From: a virus
Strand: one strand, 5' to 3'
DNA: 64,000 bases
Virus record (IMG/VR): IMGVR_UViG_3300040810_000656
Span: 1-64,000 of that record
How positions within the stretch are numbered: the first letter of the stretch is position 1; every line of letters begins with the position of its first letter. The notes beneath the pieces are model-generated. The model had not been told where the DNA came from. It searched no databases and saw nothing but the letters and a program-made list of their open reading frames with translations. The translations under genes were made by a program, and so were the position numbers. This document shows positions 9,386 to 19,500 of this stretch, one piece after another.

Positions 9386-10325
9386 AACAGTAGAAAGTAC
9401 CGATAAAGACGGTAACAATGTTAAGGTTATCGTTAGATCGCCTACAGTAGAAGATTACAAGGATTCACAGCTAGAATATAATAAAGCTTTTCGTGACGCT
9501 TTAGATTCTGGTGCTTTGCTTCGGCAGCGTCTTACGGACTATATGCGTGAGCAGGGAATTTGGAACGATGAAAAACAAAAGAAGAGCGAAGAATATGTCT
9601 CTCGTATTCGTGCAATGGAAGACAAGCTTAAAGGAGGCGGTATAAGATTATCAGAAGCTAAAGATATTGCGTTATCTCTAAAGGAAATAAGATCAGAATT
9701 TCAACTTTTTCTTGCAGAAAAAAATTCTCTTGACTCTGCGTCAGCAGAAGGTCAGGCAGACAATGCTCGATTTAATAAGCTTGTTCGTCTTTGTGTTTTA
9801 GATCCAAATACAAATAAGCCGTTTTTTAAGCGAGAAAGCAAGAAGGCAGAAGAAGAAGCATATAGTGCTAGTCAGTCTGAGCCTTGGCTGGTAGAGGCTT
9901 CTGCCGAGTTAGCCAATATGTTATACGGTCTTGATCCAGATTACAACAATAACCTTGAAGAAAACAAGTTCCTGAAGGAATTTAGGTTTGTCAATGAAGA
10001 ATATCAGTTTATTGATAAAGATGGTCATCCTACTGATTCTGATGGTAGACTGCTGAATGAAGATGGTAGATATGTGGCGTATCGTTCAGAAGAAGCTAAA
10101 AAGGCACGAGACGAATCGCAGATGTATTTTGTTAACAAGAGCGGAGATGAGGTTGTTTTAGTAACTAATGAGAATGGCGAAGAAGAGTGGGTTAAAGCGT
10201 CATTAAAAGAAAGAAAGCCATTTCTTGACGATGATGATAATCCTATTGTTAGCGAAAAAGAAGAAGAAGAAGACCCGCCAAAGAAAACCTCCAGAAAAAA
10301 GAAGACATCTACAAAAGAGGCTTAG
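9369..10325 (+). CDS. putative tail assembly chaperone (paralog of 7936..9000)
   Basis: 318 aa, immediately upstream of TMP; shares PT..S..Y.KA and LD..S.EG.A..R motifs. Confidence 0.5.
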   Translation: MDKTIRTVESTDKDGNNVKVIVRSPTVEDYKDSQLEYNKAFRDALDSGALLRQRLTDYMREQGIWNDEKQKKSEEYVSRIRAMEDKLKGGGIRLSEAKDIALSLKEIRSEFQLFLAEKNSLDSASAEGQADNARFNKLVRLCVLDPNTNKPFFKRESKKAEEEAYSASQSEPWLVEASAELANMLYGLDPDYNNNLEENKFLKEFRFVNEEYQFIDKDGHPTDSDGRLLNEDGRYVAYRSEEAKKARDESQMYFVNKSGDEVVLVTNENGEEEWVKASLKERKPFLDDDDNPIVSEKEEEEDPPKKTSRKKKTSTKEA

Positions 10326-10342
10326 TCTAACAGAGAAAATAT

Positions 10343-10374
10343 CAGAGGGGGCAGTAAGCTCCCTCTGTTTTTTT
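10343..10374 (+). terminator. intrinsic terminator
   Basis: CAGAGGGGGC-AGTAA-GCTCCCTCTG stem-loop followed by TTTTTTT. Confidence 0.85.
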
Positions 10375-10383
10375 GTGTATAGA
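10374..10383 (+). promoter_or_regulatory. candidate late promoter TGTGTATAGA
   Basis: Directly after the terminator and upstream of the tape measure gene. Confidence 0.65.
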
Positions 10384-10441
10384 TAACCGTAGGACTACAC
10401 TTGAAACTTAATAGTTTCTCTTATGATATGATGGAGAAAAG

Positions 10442-13400
10442 ATGGCCGCGAGCTTCGATCTAACAGCACAGTTACAGCTACAGGCACCAAATAACACAAA
10501 TGCTGTAATTGGCCAAATACGTAGACAACTGCAAGGCATCAATGTACCTGTTGCTGTACAGGCAAACGCAAGAGCACTATCTAATGTTCAAACTTCTCTT
10601 AAACAAGTCGATAAAAGTGCTAAACAGGCTTCAGACAGTGTAAGTAAACTTGGTAAAAGATTTAGCAATCTGGCTACAAAATTTGGTGCATTTGCCATTG
10701 GTACTCGTCTTATAGGCGGATTTTCATCTGCTTTAAGTAGGGCGGCTAAAGACGCTTTAAGTTTTCAAGAAGAGCTTGTTAAGATTAGCCAGATTACCGG
10801 AAGAGATGTTTCGCAGTTAAAAGATTTAAAAAACACTATCACTGGTCTGTCTACAAGTCTTGGTGTTGCGTCTAAAGATTTGTTGTTTGTTACAAAGACA
10901 TTAACTCAGGCTGGTTTTAGTGCTGAAAATACACGTAAAGCATTAGATATTTTAGCTAAAACGACTTTAACGTCTTCTTTCGATGATTTAATAAATACAA
11001 CAGAGGGTGCAATTGCTGTTCTTAATCAGTTTGCCAAACAAGCCCAAGAAACTGGTGATGAAATCAAATTCTTGGAAAGTACGCTTGGTGCTATTAATGC
11101 TGTTTCTAAATCTTTTGCTGTAGAATCTAATGATATTATTTCCGCTATTCGTCGTACTGGTGGTGTGTTTGCCGCTGCTGGTGGAGAAGTAGAAGAACTC
11201 ATCGCATTATTTACGTCTGTCCGTGCAACGACGCGAGAAACCGCAGAAACTATTTCTGTTGGTTTACGTACTATTTTTACAAGACTACAGAGAGATGATA
11301 CCGTAGATAGATTGCGGGCTTTGGGTATTGAGCTTAGAACTGTTGAAGGATTGTTTGTTGGACCTTTTGAGGCGGTGCAAAGATTAGCAAAAGGTCTTGC
11401 TGGCCTAGACCCTAGAGATTTTAGATATAGTGAAATCGTTGAAGAACTCGGTGGTATCCGTCAGATTGGTAAACTTATTCCTCTTATTCAAGCTAACGTC
11501 AAAGCACAACAAGCATTAAATGTCGCTAGACAGGGTGCAAATTCTATTAATGAAGACGCTGAAAAAACTCAAGGACTATTAGCAAGAAGAATTAGAGAAA
11601 CTAGTGAATCTTTTGACGCTCTCATACGAAAAATTTCAGAGAGCGAAGGATTCAAGCAGTTGGCAGAATACGCATTAAATTTTGCTGACGCTCTTGTTAG
11701 GGTTGCTGATGCTTTAATTCCATTAATTCCATTATTTACAAATCTCATAACTCTTATTGGCACGGTTGGTGCTGCTAAATTTGCCATTCCCGCAATTGGA
11801 AAACTTGGTAGAGGTTTAGTTGGTAAAAATTCTGGCGGTAAAATACATAGATTTGCCAGAGGCGGATTTGTTCCTGGTAATGGTAACGGTGACACTGTTC
11901 CAGCTATGCTTGCTCCTGGTGAGTTTGTTATTAGAAAGAGTAGTGCCGAAAAACTTGGTGCTGACACTCTTAATGCAATGAATGAAAATAGGTTTGAAGA
12001 TGGAGGTGTGTCTAAAAAACTAAGGAGCAAAACAGGCGTATCTTCCTCATTTATTTTAGCTGGACAGGGAAAACAAAGAATAGACGCAAAAGCGGTTATT
12101 AGAGCCGCTGGAGATAAAGATGGAGATAATGAATTAGATATTGGTGCGGCATTTTTGCAGCCTGTTGGAATGGATAGAAAAACTGTTGCTTCAATTGATT
12201 CAGCACCTTTTTATGAGGCTATAAAAAGGGACTTAGGTGGAAAGTCTCAAGGCGTAAGTGATGCTGGGGTTAAAAGAGCAATTGGTGATCTTGGAAGTCA
12301 AGTAAAAATAGGAATTAATTCTGGGTCTTTAGATCAAGGTATTAGCACAGCTTTTAGAGGTGGATTAAAAAATTATGTAGCTCAATTTGCACAAAACTTC
12401 GCATCAACAGAGATTCCACAATTACCATTTAATACTGGGAAATTTAACAGAGCTTATAAAAATGTTAATATTGAACAGATTGAAGGAGGAATTTTTGAAG
12501 CTGTGATCAATGGGCTTTCAGATGCTCCATTTGATAACTCAAAAATTAAAGCTAATGATAAATTTGACTTTCCTCAAGGATTGGGTGCCGCCGGTTCAAT
12601 TTTTAATGTTGCTGGTAATATGATGGCAGATGCTAAAAGAACATTTAATGAAGACGCTTTAAGCTCTCTATCTAAAAAAGGAAGTCAGTATTTAGCACAA
12701 GGTTTTAGGGCGTACTTTGCTCAAAGCTTAATAAATGCTGGAGCTACTGGCGGTGATACTTTACAAGAAGCAAGAACTAAAGCCGCTGCTGGTGCTACTC
12801 AATTACCATCAAGAAGAAAAAAAGCATTAGGTGGTTTGATTCGTAAATTTGCTGAAGGTGGAGATACTGGCACAGACACCGTTCCCGCATTATTAACTCC
12901 TGGTGAGTTTGTAATAAATCGCAAAGCGGCAGAAAAAATTGGCTACGGAAAACTAGAGTCAATGAATCAAAATGGTGTTGCTAAATTTGCTTCTGGCGGC
13001 ACCGTTGGAAGAAGAAGACTTGCTTCTGGAGGCAGCGGTGGCGGTGGCGGTGGAATAGATTTTAGTGCTATACAAAAACAAGCAGAGAAAACTGGAGAAG
13101 CATTGCAAAGTGCCGGTATAGCGTTTGGTCTTTTGTCAACTATTGTCTTACAAACTAGCCAAGATATGTTTGGACTGTCTGATGCACAAGCTAAAGCGGC
13201 ACAACAGGCTGTTGGTGTATCGTCTGCTTTGTTAACCACAGTAGGAACTATAACTCAATTAACAGCTAGTATGGCAGCACAAAATGCCGCAACACAAGCT
13301 AATACGGCAGCAGTTGCTACCGATACAGCCGTTGAAAAAGCTAACACAACAGCAGTTGCTGCTGATACTGTAGTTGAACAAGCCAATACAGTAACTACTG

Positions 13401-16400
13401 GTGGTTTTGGTAGTGCTATGGGTGCTATTACTATAACGGTTGCTGCTCTTGCTGGGGTTTTTACATATTTAGCTTCCGTTGCACAACAAGAAGCAGACGC
13501 AAGAGCACAAGCTGTTAAAGACGCACTGCAAGAAAAAGGTGAACAAGGAAGCTCATCAACAACTCTAGCGTCAGAAGATCTAGAAGGCTTGAGAAAATCT
13601 TTATTAGCAAATGCTGAATCAGAAGCATATGCTTCTGCTAGAAATGCTGGCATTGCCGCTGCTGGTGCTGGTGCTGTTGCTGGAGCTTCGTATGGTGCAT
13701 CTGCTGGACCACAAGCTGCGGCTGCTGGTGCTGCTATTTACGGAACAATATCTGGTTTAGCGACTTTTGGGACAGTGTTAGCAGAAGAAGGAGTTAGACT
13801 AGAAGCAGAAGCAGAAAAGACATTTCAAGCTTATAAAACAATGGCTGAAACTACCATAGCCACTGCTACGGCAATAGGAGATTTTGAAAAAGAATTTAAA
13901 GATGCTGGAAAAAATTTAGTCCCAGAAAACGCTACACCGGAACAGCGTTCTAGAATAGAATCACAAAATAGACAAGAACAAGCAGATGTTATTTCTAAAT
14001 TTGCTGGCCAAAGAGATGATGCAGGCAGACAAGATGCCATAGATATACTTGGCCCAATTGCTGCAAAACTTGGAAAAAGTATTGACAGCCTAACCACAGA
14101 AGACATTACATCTGCTGGTAGTGATGGTATTTTTTCTTCTACACTTAGTGAAGGAGAGGTTGGTGCTGCTACTATTGCTTTAAATAAAATGGAGCAAGAA
14201 GCTAAATTAAATGCTTCTGTAATAGAAAAAGTTAATAGTGCTCTACAGGAATCTGCCGCAGCAGAACTAAACGGAACAAAAAGTTTTGAACAGTTAATTA
14301 ATGGGAATACAGCTTTTGCTAAAAATTTAAGAGAAACAGAATCAGCACTTAAAGCCGAAAGAGACGCAAAATTAGCAAACATTGATGCTCAATTAAAAGC
14401 TATACCAGTTACCGATCAAGGAGCTGAAGCAAATGAAGAAAATCAGAAAAAAGAACAAGATCTATTAAAACAAAGAGCGAATATTGAACAACAAACATCA
14501 GATCAAATAAATTCTACTAGAGAACAATATAAACAGCTTAATGAAGCCGCTGCTGAAAACAGACAAAAGGCCGAGGAAGAAGCTGCTGCTAGGGCGGCTG
14601 TATTGGCAGAATTGAAGGCAATGCGTGAATTTACAAATACAATGAAAGCCGCTAGCAATGCTATGGCTGTAATGGCACAAAAAGCAGACAATCTTGGTAA
14701 TATGTTTGGTAGTGGTGCATTGGACTTTACTCAAATCACACCAGAAGATTTTGGTGATTTTTCTAGTGTTAATGCTGCCCAAAGAGGTGCAGATGCACAA
14801 AGACTTGGTAGAAATCTTGGTCCTGCGGGTGCTCAACTAGCAGATAGTATTGGAGAAACAGCGAGTCAAATTGAATTTGCTCAACAGGCACTAGAAGGAT
14901 ACAGGCTTCCAACAGAAGGAGCCGTGAATCCAAATCAAATTTTATCTGATCTTGGGTTTGATAATTTGAATCTTTCTGAAGGTATGAGACAAACACTTGA
15001 AACTAATTTAGCAAAAGCAGCGAGCGAAGCTGGTGGACAGCCGTTAAGCATGGAGGCTGTAAATCAAATTATTGGAGATTTAATTCAACAGGGCACTAAT
15101 GAAACAGATGCATTAGCAATGTTGAATGAATTAAGAAATAAAGAAATTGGTATCTATAGAAAGTATGGAGAACAAATACAGGCGGCACAAGGTCGTGTTG
15201 TAGACGCCTTTAATACATTAGTAGACACACAAGTACGTAATGCAAAATTCCTAGCTAAAATTGGAGTTAGAGGAGAAGTAACTAGACAGGAAAAGAGACA
15301 GGCAGAAACAAATAAAGCCCAATTCGCACTCAACCTTGCTGGCACTGGAACTCGTGCTGGAGATGTAGCTGGAAATGCCGCTGCTTTAGCGAAGGCACAA
15401 CAGGATAAACAAACTACTGCTATGCTTTCTGAAGCTGGGTTAATTGATACAGCGGCAGCAGAACAAGCACAACAGCAACAAAATGCAACCATAGCAGCAA
15501 CCACGGCAGAACTAAAGAGACTTGCTGATCAATCTGGGGCTTTAGCTGACATTGAAGCTGATTACCAAAAGGCTGTAGAAAAAAGAACTAAGCTTCAAAA
15601 AATTGGAGAGGACTTTGTGTTTGGCGGTCAGTCTCAAAGAGAGCAAATTAATATGGGTTTCCAGGGTGCTGCAATGGCCGCTTCTACCGGAACAGTACAA
15701 AATCAAACAGAAGAACAAAGAGCAGCAACACTCTCTATGTTAGATAGGCTTTCTGATGTTGAGATTGGTGGTACTGGTAAAACTGGTGCTCAGATTAAAC
15801 AACAAGTTACTATTAATGATCTGCAAAGAATGGGCATGTCTAGAGAGCAGGCAGAAGCACTATATAGAGCATCAGAAGAGGAAAAAAGATTGCAAGAAGA
15901 AGCCGTTGCTATTACACGGCAAAGCGAACAAGCGGCAGCAGCATTATTCGAGCGTCAAATTCAAGATTATGATGAAACTAAAAAAATCCAAGAAGATCAA
16001 TTGCAAGAACTTAGAAATATTAACGCAAGCGTTCAGGCTAGTTTTCCTGGTGCCCGACAAGGAAATCAAGGCAGAGGTAGACCACAGTTCAATGCATTAG
16101 GTGGAACCATATTTAACCGCCGTGGGTCAGATACTGTGCCAGCTATGCTAACTCCTGGTGAATTTGTTATGTCTAAGCCAGCCGTTAATAGGATTGGCAT
16201 ACCAACATTAACTGCTATGAACAATGGAGGTAGACAAGCTTCTATTGCTGGAGGCGTAACTTATGCTGCCTATGGTGGAGAAGTTGGGTCAAATGGCGGT
16301 ATGAATTTTGATAATATGATATCGGCAATGAATAATTTATCTGCTAAACTAGATGGGCTTGCCAACATAACTCTTAATCATAATCATACAGTAGATGTTA

Positions 16401-16537
16401 AAGGTTTGATTTCTTTAGGCGGATTAAACATAGACACAATTGTTCAAGGAATTAGTCAATCAATTGGGAATTTAGTTACACAAGAAGTCTCTAGACAGCT
16501 ACAGGGGAACAAGACAGATTTCCAAGCTGGAACATAA
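10442..16537 (+). CDS. tail tape measure protein (TP901-type N-terminal core)
   Basis: 2031 aa, Ala/Gln-rich helical; ELVKISQITG, FAVESNDII, RETAETISVGLRTIFTRL core; three DTVPAxLxPGEFV motifs. Confidence 0.92.
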   Translation: MAASFDLTAQLQLQAPNNTNAVIGQIRRQLQGINVPVAVQANARALSNVQTSLKQVDKSAKQASDSVSKLGKRFSNLATKFGAFAIGTRLIGGFSSALSRAAKDALSFQEELVKISQITGRDVSQLKDLKNTITGLSTSLGVASKDLLFVTKTLTQAGFSAENTRKALDILAKTTLTSSFDDLINTTEGAIAVLNQFAKQAQETGDEIKFLESTLGAINAVSKSFAVESNDIISAIRRTGGVFAAAGGEVEELIALFTSVRATTRETAETISVGLRTIFTRLQRDDTVDRLRALGIELRTVEGLFVGPFEAVQRLAKGLAGLDPRDFRYSEIVEELGGIRQIGKLIPLIQANVKAQQALNVARQGANSINEDAEKTQGLLARRIRETSESFDALIRKISESEGFKQLAEYALNFADALVRVADALIPLIPLFTNLITLIGTVGAAKFAIPAIGKLGRGLVGKNSGGKIHRFARGGFVPGNGNGDTVPAMLAPGEFVIRKSSAEKLGADTLNAMNENRFEDGGVSKKLRSKTGVSSSFILAGQGKQRIDAKAVIRAAGDKDGDNELDIGAAFLQPVGMDRKTVASIDSAPFYEAIKRDLGGKSQGVSDAGVKRAIGDLGSQVKIGINSGSLDQGISTAFRGGLKNYVAQFAQNFASTEIPQLPFNTGKFNRAYKNVNIEQIEGGIFEAVINGLSDAPFDNSKIKANDKFDFPQGLGAAGSIFNVAGNMMADAKRTFNEDALSSLSKKGSQYLAQGFRAYFAQSLINAGATGGDTLQEARTKAAAGATQLPSRRKKALGGLIRKFAEGGDTGTDTVPALLTPGEFVINRKAAEKIGYGKLESMNQNGVAKFASGGTVGRRRLASGGSGGGGGGIDFSAIQKQAEKTGEALQSAGIAFGLLSTIVLQTSQDMFGLSDAQAKAAQQAVGVSSALLTTVGTITQLTASMAAQNAATQANTAAVATDTAVEKANTTAVAADTVVEQANTVTTGGFGSAMGAITITVAALAGVFTYLASVAQQEADARAQAVKDALQEKGEQGSSSTTLASEDLEGLRKSLLANAESEAYASARNAGIAAAGAGAVAGASYGASAGPQAAAAGAAIYGTISGLATFGTVLAEEGVRLEAEAEKTFQAYKTMAETTIATATAIGDFEKEFKDAGKNLVPENATPEQRSRIESQNRQEQADVISKFAGQRDDAGRQDAIDILGPIAAKLGKSIDSLTTEDITSAGSDGIFSSTLSEGEVGAATIALNKMEQEAKLNASVIEKVNSALQESAAAELNGTKSFEQLINGNTAFAKNLRETESALKAERDAKLANIDAQLKAIPVTDQGAEANEENQKKEQDLLKQRANIEQQTSDQINSTREQYKQLNEAAAENRQKAEEEAAARAAVLAELKAMREFTNTMKAASNAMAVMAQKADNLGNMFGSGALDFTQITPEDFGDFSSVNAAQRGADAQRLGRNLGPAGAQLADSIGETASQIEFAQQALEGYRLPTEGAVNPNQILSDLGFDNLNLSEGMRQTLETNLAKAASEAGGQPLSMEAVNQIIGDLIQQGTNETDALAMLNELRNKEIGIYRKYGEQIQAAQGRVVDAFNTLVDTQVRNAKFLAKIGVRGEVTRQEKRQAETNKAQFALNLAGTGTRAGDVAGNAAALAKAQQDKQTTAMLSEAGLIDTAAAEQAQQQQNATIAATTAELKRLADQSGALADIEADYQKAVEKRTKLQKIGEDFVFGGQSQREQINMGFQGAAMAASTGTVQNQTEEQRAATLSMLDRLSDVEIGGTGKTGAQIKQQVTINDLQRMGMSREQAEALYRASEEEKRLQEEAVAITRQSEQAAAALFERQIQDYDETKKIQEDQLQELRNINASVQASFPGARQGNQGRGRPQFNALGGTIFNRRGSDTVPAMLTPGEFVMSKPAVNRIGIPTLTAMNNGGRQASIAGGVTYAAYGGEVGSNGGMNFDNMISAMNNLSAKLDGLANITLNHNHTVDVKGLISLGGLNIDTIVQGISQSIGNLVTQEVSRQLQGNKTDFQAGT
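13297..13392 (+). repeat. 42-bp (14-aa) imperfect tandem repeat within TMP
   Basis: ANTAAVATDTAVEK-ANTTAVAADTVVEQ-ANT. Confidence 0.7.
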
Positions 16538-16549
16538 GGACAGGAACAT

Positions 16550-19500
16550 ATGGTACAAGATTATTTCAAGTATGATAAAATACAAGGCGGTGCTCCGCTT
16601 TCCATAAAGACAGACGTTAACACTAAAGCCATGCCTTTAGGTATTAGAAGCAGAGCAGAGGGCATTAAACATTTTACTAATTGGGATAATATAGCTAATT
16701 CCATAGATGCTAAAAGCACACTGCGTTTTGAAGATAGTCAACCTAATAAATTATTTTATAAAACAAACCGAACAGTAGCAAATAGCTATAACCAGCTAAT
16801 AACGGATGATGGAATTAATCCCTGGACACCTAAACCTACTGCTGCTCCCGCCGGTCAAGAAACAGAGTTTACTGATGAATGGTCTGTAGAAGACATCAAG
16901 ATACTAGACGACATAGCAGTAGTGTCTTATCCAGATTATACAGATATACAACGAACAGAAGTAGGTTTTAATGTGCAATTAGTGCAACCAACTTCTCGCA
17001 CAGTAGTAGGAACCTATTCAGAAGAAAATACTACATTTTCTTATTATGGAGGGCTATGTTTTTATACAGATGAATTGCCTTTAATGCATGAAATTTTTGG
17101 AAAAGGAAGTGGTTATGGCACAGCATATGCTCATGCGACTACTAACAACTTAGAAACAGATGACCCAGAATCTGCATATCAAATACATTGTGATAATAAA
17201 TTTTACAATTTTGAAAATACTATTTTAAGGGTTAATATATCAGACGACAGTATTACTGGCCAGCCTGGAAGAGTGCTTTACTTCTTATACGGTGGTGCTT
17301 CGCCATGTAATATGCCAGACCAACAAGGCGGTGGAGATTTTGCTTTTGATGATTTTAGGTTTAGTAGATTATCGAATACACAGTATTCAACAATAAACGA
17401 GTTTGCCGATTATGCATATAGTTGGCATCAGTTTGAAGATGGTGATTTTGCTGGATATTTTTATCTTATCACAGAAAGTCGTGGGTCAGATACTACAGAA
17501 CGATCTCCATCTGGTAATACTCATATTCAACTGTTTGTTAATAATAATGTTTTAACTGAAGCATGGGGCAATTATACAATAAAATATACGTATTCAAGTG
17601 TTGGTGACACAACAATCACTTATGGATATGTTCCATGTGGAAACACTAGTCAAGCAACTTTTATTAAGTTTACTCCTGTGAGGAGATGCGGAAAGGTTGA
17701 GCTTTATACCAAAAAATCTGGAATTATTACTGCCGCTGTTGACAACAGGATTACTTCGCCTGGACATACGTTGGCAACTAACGATATTATCAAAATTACT
17801 TCTGCTTTGTGGGATGGCACACAGTCGAATGAAGGTGATCGGCACCCCTTAAATGGAAATAAGTTTGTAAAAGTTATTGATAGTGACACAATAGATCTTT
17901 ATGACGATCAATATTTTGGCGATCCTGTTTCTACTGCAAAATTAAAATCAACAGACGGTATAGCTTGGGTTTGTGTTGGAAGTTCTAACTCTAATGAGGC
18001 ACAGTCTTGGAAATATAATCAGACCCTACTTTCTCCAACGGGAAGAAATGGATATAGTAGCGGTGCAACAAATACCTTTAGTACAACAACAAGATATGGT
18101 CAGGCATATTTGTCTGGAGAAAACTCGCAAATTGATATAGATAATAATTCTTTGTATCTTGATTTTTCTGTATTTAATGACTACATAAGTAGTGATGATC
18201 CTCTTTACGAAAATAATCATTGGGGCTTTTTAAGATCTTATGACGGTGCTTTATTGCAATCTAACGCTACTAGATTTGGTAATATTATAAAAGATTTTTT
18301 AGACAATACTCCTGTGAAAAACTTAGGCGTTTCTGCTTTAGATACTTTTAATAAAGGCCCGCAGGATTTTTATCCTTTTAATGCAAATAATTTTAATGAC
18401 ACGAATAGTCCTGTCTATAATGGCACTAGATTTGGTGCTGGTATAGACATTAAATATTCTCATGATTCTGGCACAAGTAAAGTTTATACTCTTGCTATCA
18501 GTGAGCCTGGGTCAGACGTTTCTGTAGATATGTTTGGGCTAGCTGATTCAACAGAATATTCTCAGGATGGAAGCATTCCACATTGGCTGTATACCGAAGA
18601 AACACTTGGCTTTCGCTCTATTGGTAACGTATTTAGAAAAAGACTTTTTCCTTATTATATGCCATATGGCAAGGTGCATGTGTTTAGTGTTACGGTAGAT
18701 AGATATGGCCGTATTTCAAATGTTTCACATCAAAATACAGTGTTTGGAGATGGTTCTTCGTTAAACAATAATGCTGGAAACGAGGAGCATCCGTGGGCAA
18801 CATTTATGGACGATTTGGTAAGGAGCTATAACTATACTGGCGTAGATAGCAACACAGGAAGAAGACAAGCTCAGTCTTGGTCTTATAATGATGCTATAGA
18901 CACAACATACACTTCTGCTACTAACGGGTCAAAAGCTTCGTTTATCAAGATGGAAACCATAGCTCCATTTTTTGAGGTTCTTCCAAATAATACTAGTCTT
19001 TATTGGGATCGTGCTGGTATTGCGAATTGGTTTGGTCCTGATGAGTATGATTACTTTACTAACGAAAATTTTATATCCGGCGATAAAATTCGTTCAATAT
19101 CAGTAACCAGAAACTACGCAAACATAAATGGCACTAGTATTTTGTCTAGTAGATTTGGCAACAATACTGGCACCGCATGTATAGATAGGTTCAATGATTC
19201 AGAAACCCTTACTGGCTCACAATTTTATGTAATGCCGTGGGTAGATAGTTTTGGTAAAAGTATTGCCATTAGCAATACTAATACTAGCGGAGAAATTTCT
19301 ATTTTTGGATCTGCTAGCGTGAGATCTAATATTGATTACAGGACAGTTTCTAGAGATAGAAGCGGTATTTCTGGTGCTTATGGTGACGTTGCTATGCGTC
19401 CAGTATATGCTGATAATGCTGGAGTAGATGTGGATGAGGATGACCATATTAGTCAAGTTGGTCAAATTTCTTGCGTGGTTGTAGATAAAGACTCTTCTTA

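Noticed and set aside
11569-15504. Several 90-180 aa minus-strand ORFs inside the tape measure gene
   Set aside because: Antisense shadows of an Ala-rich coding strand; no RBS or recognisable motifs
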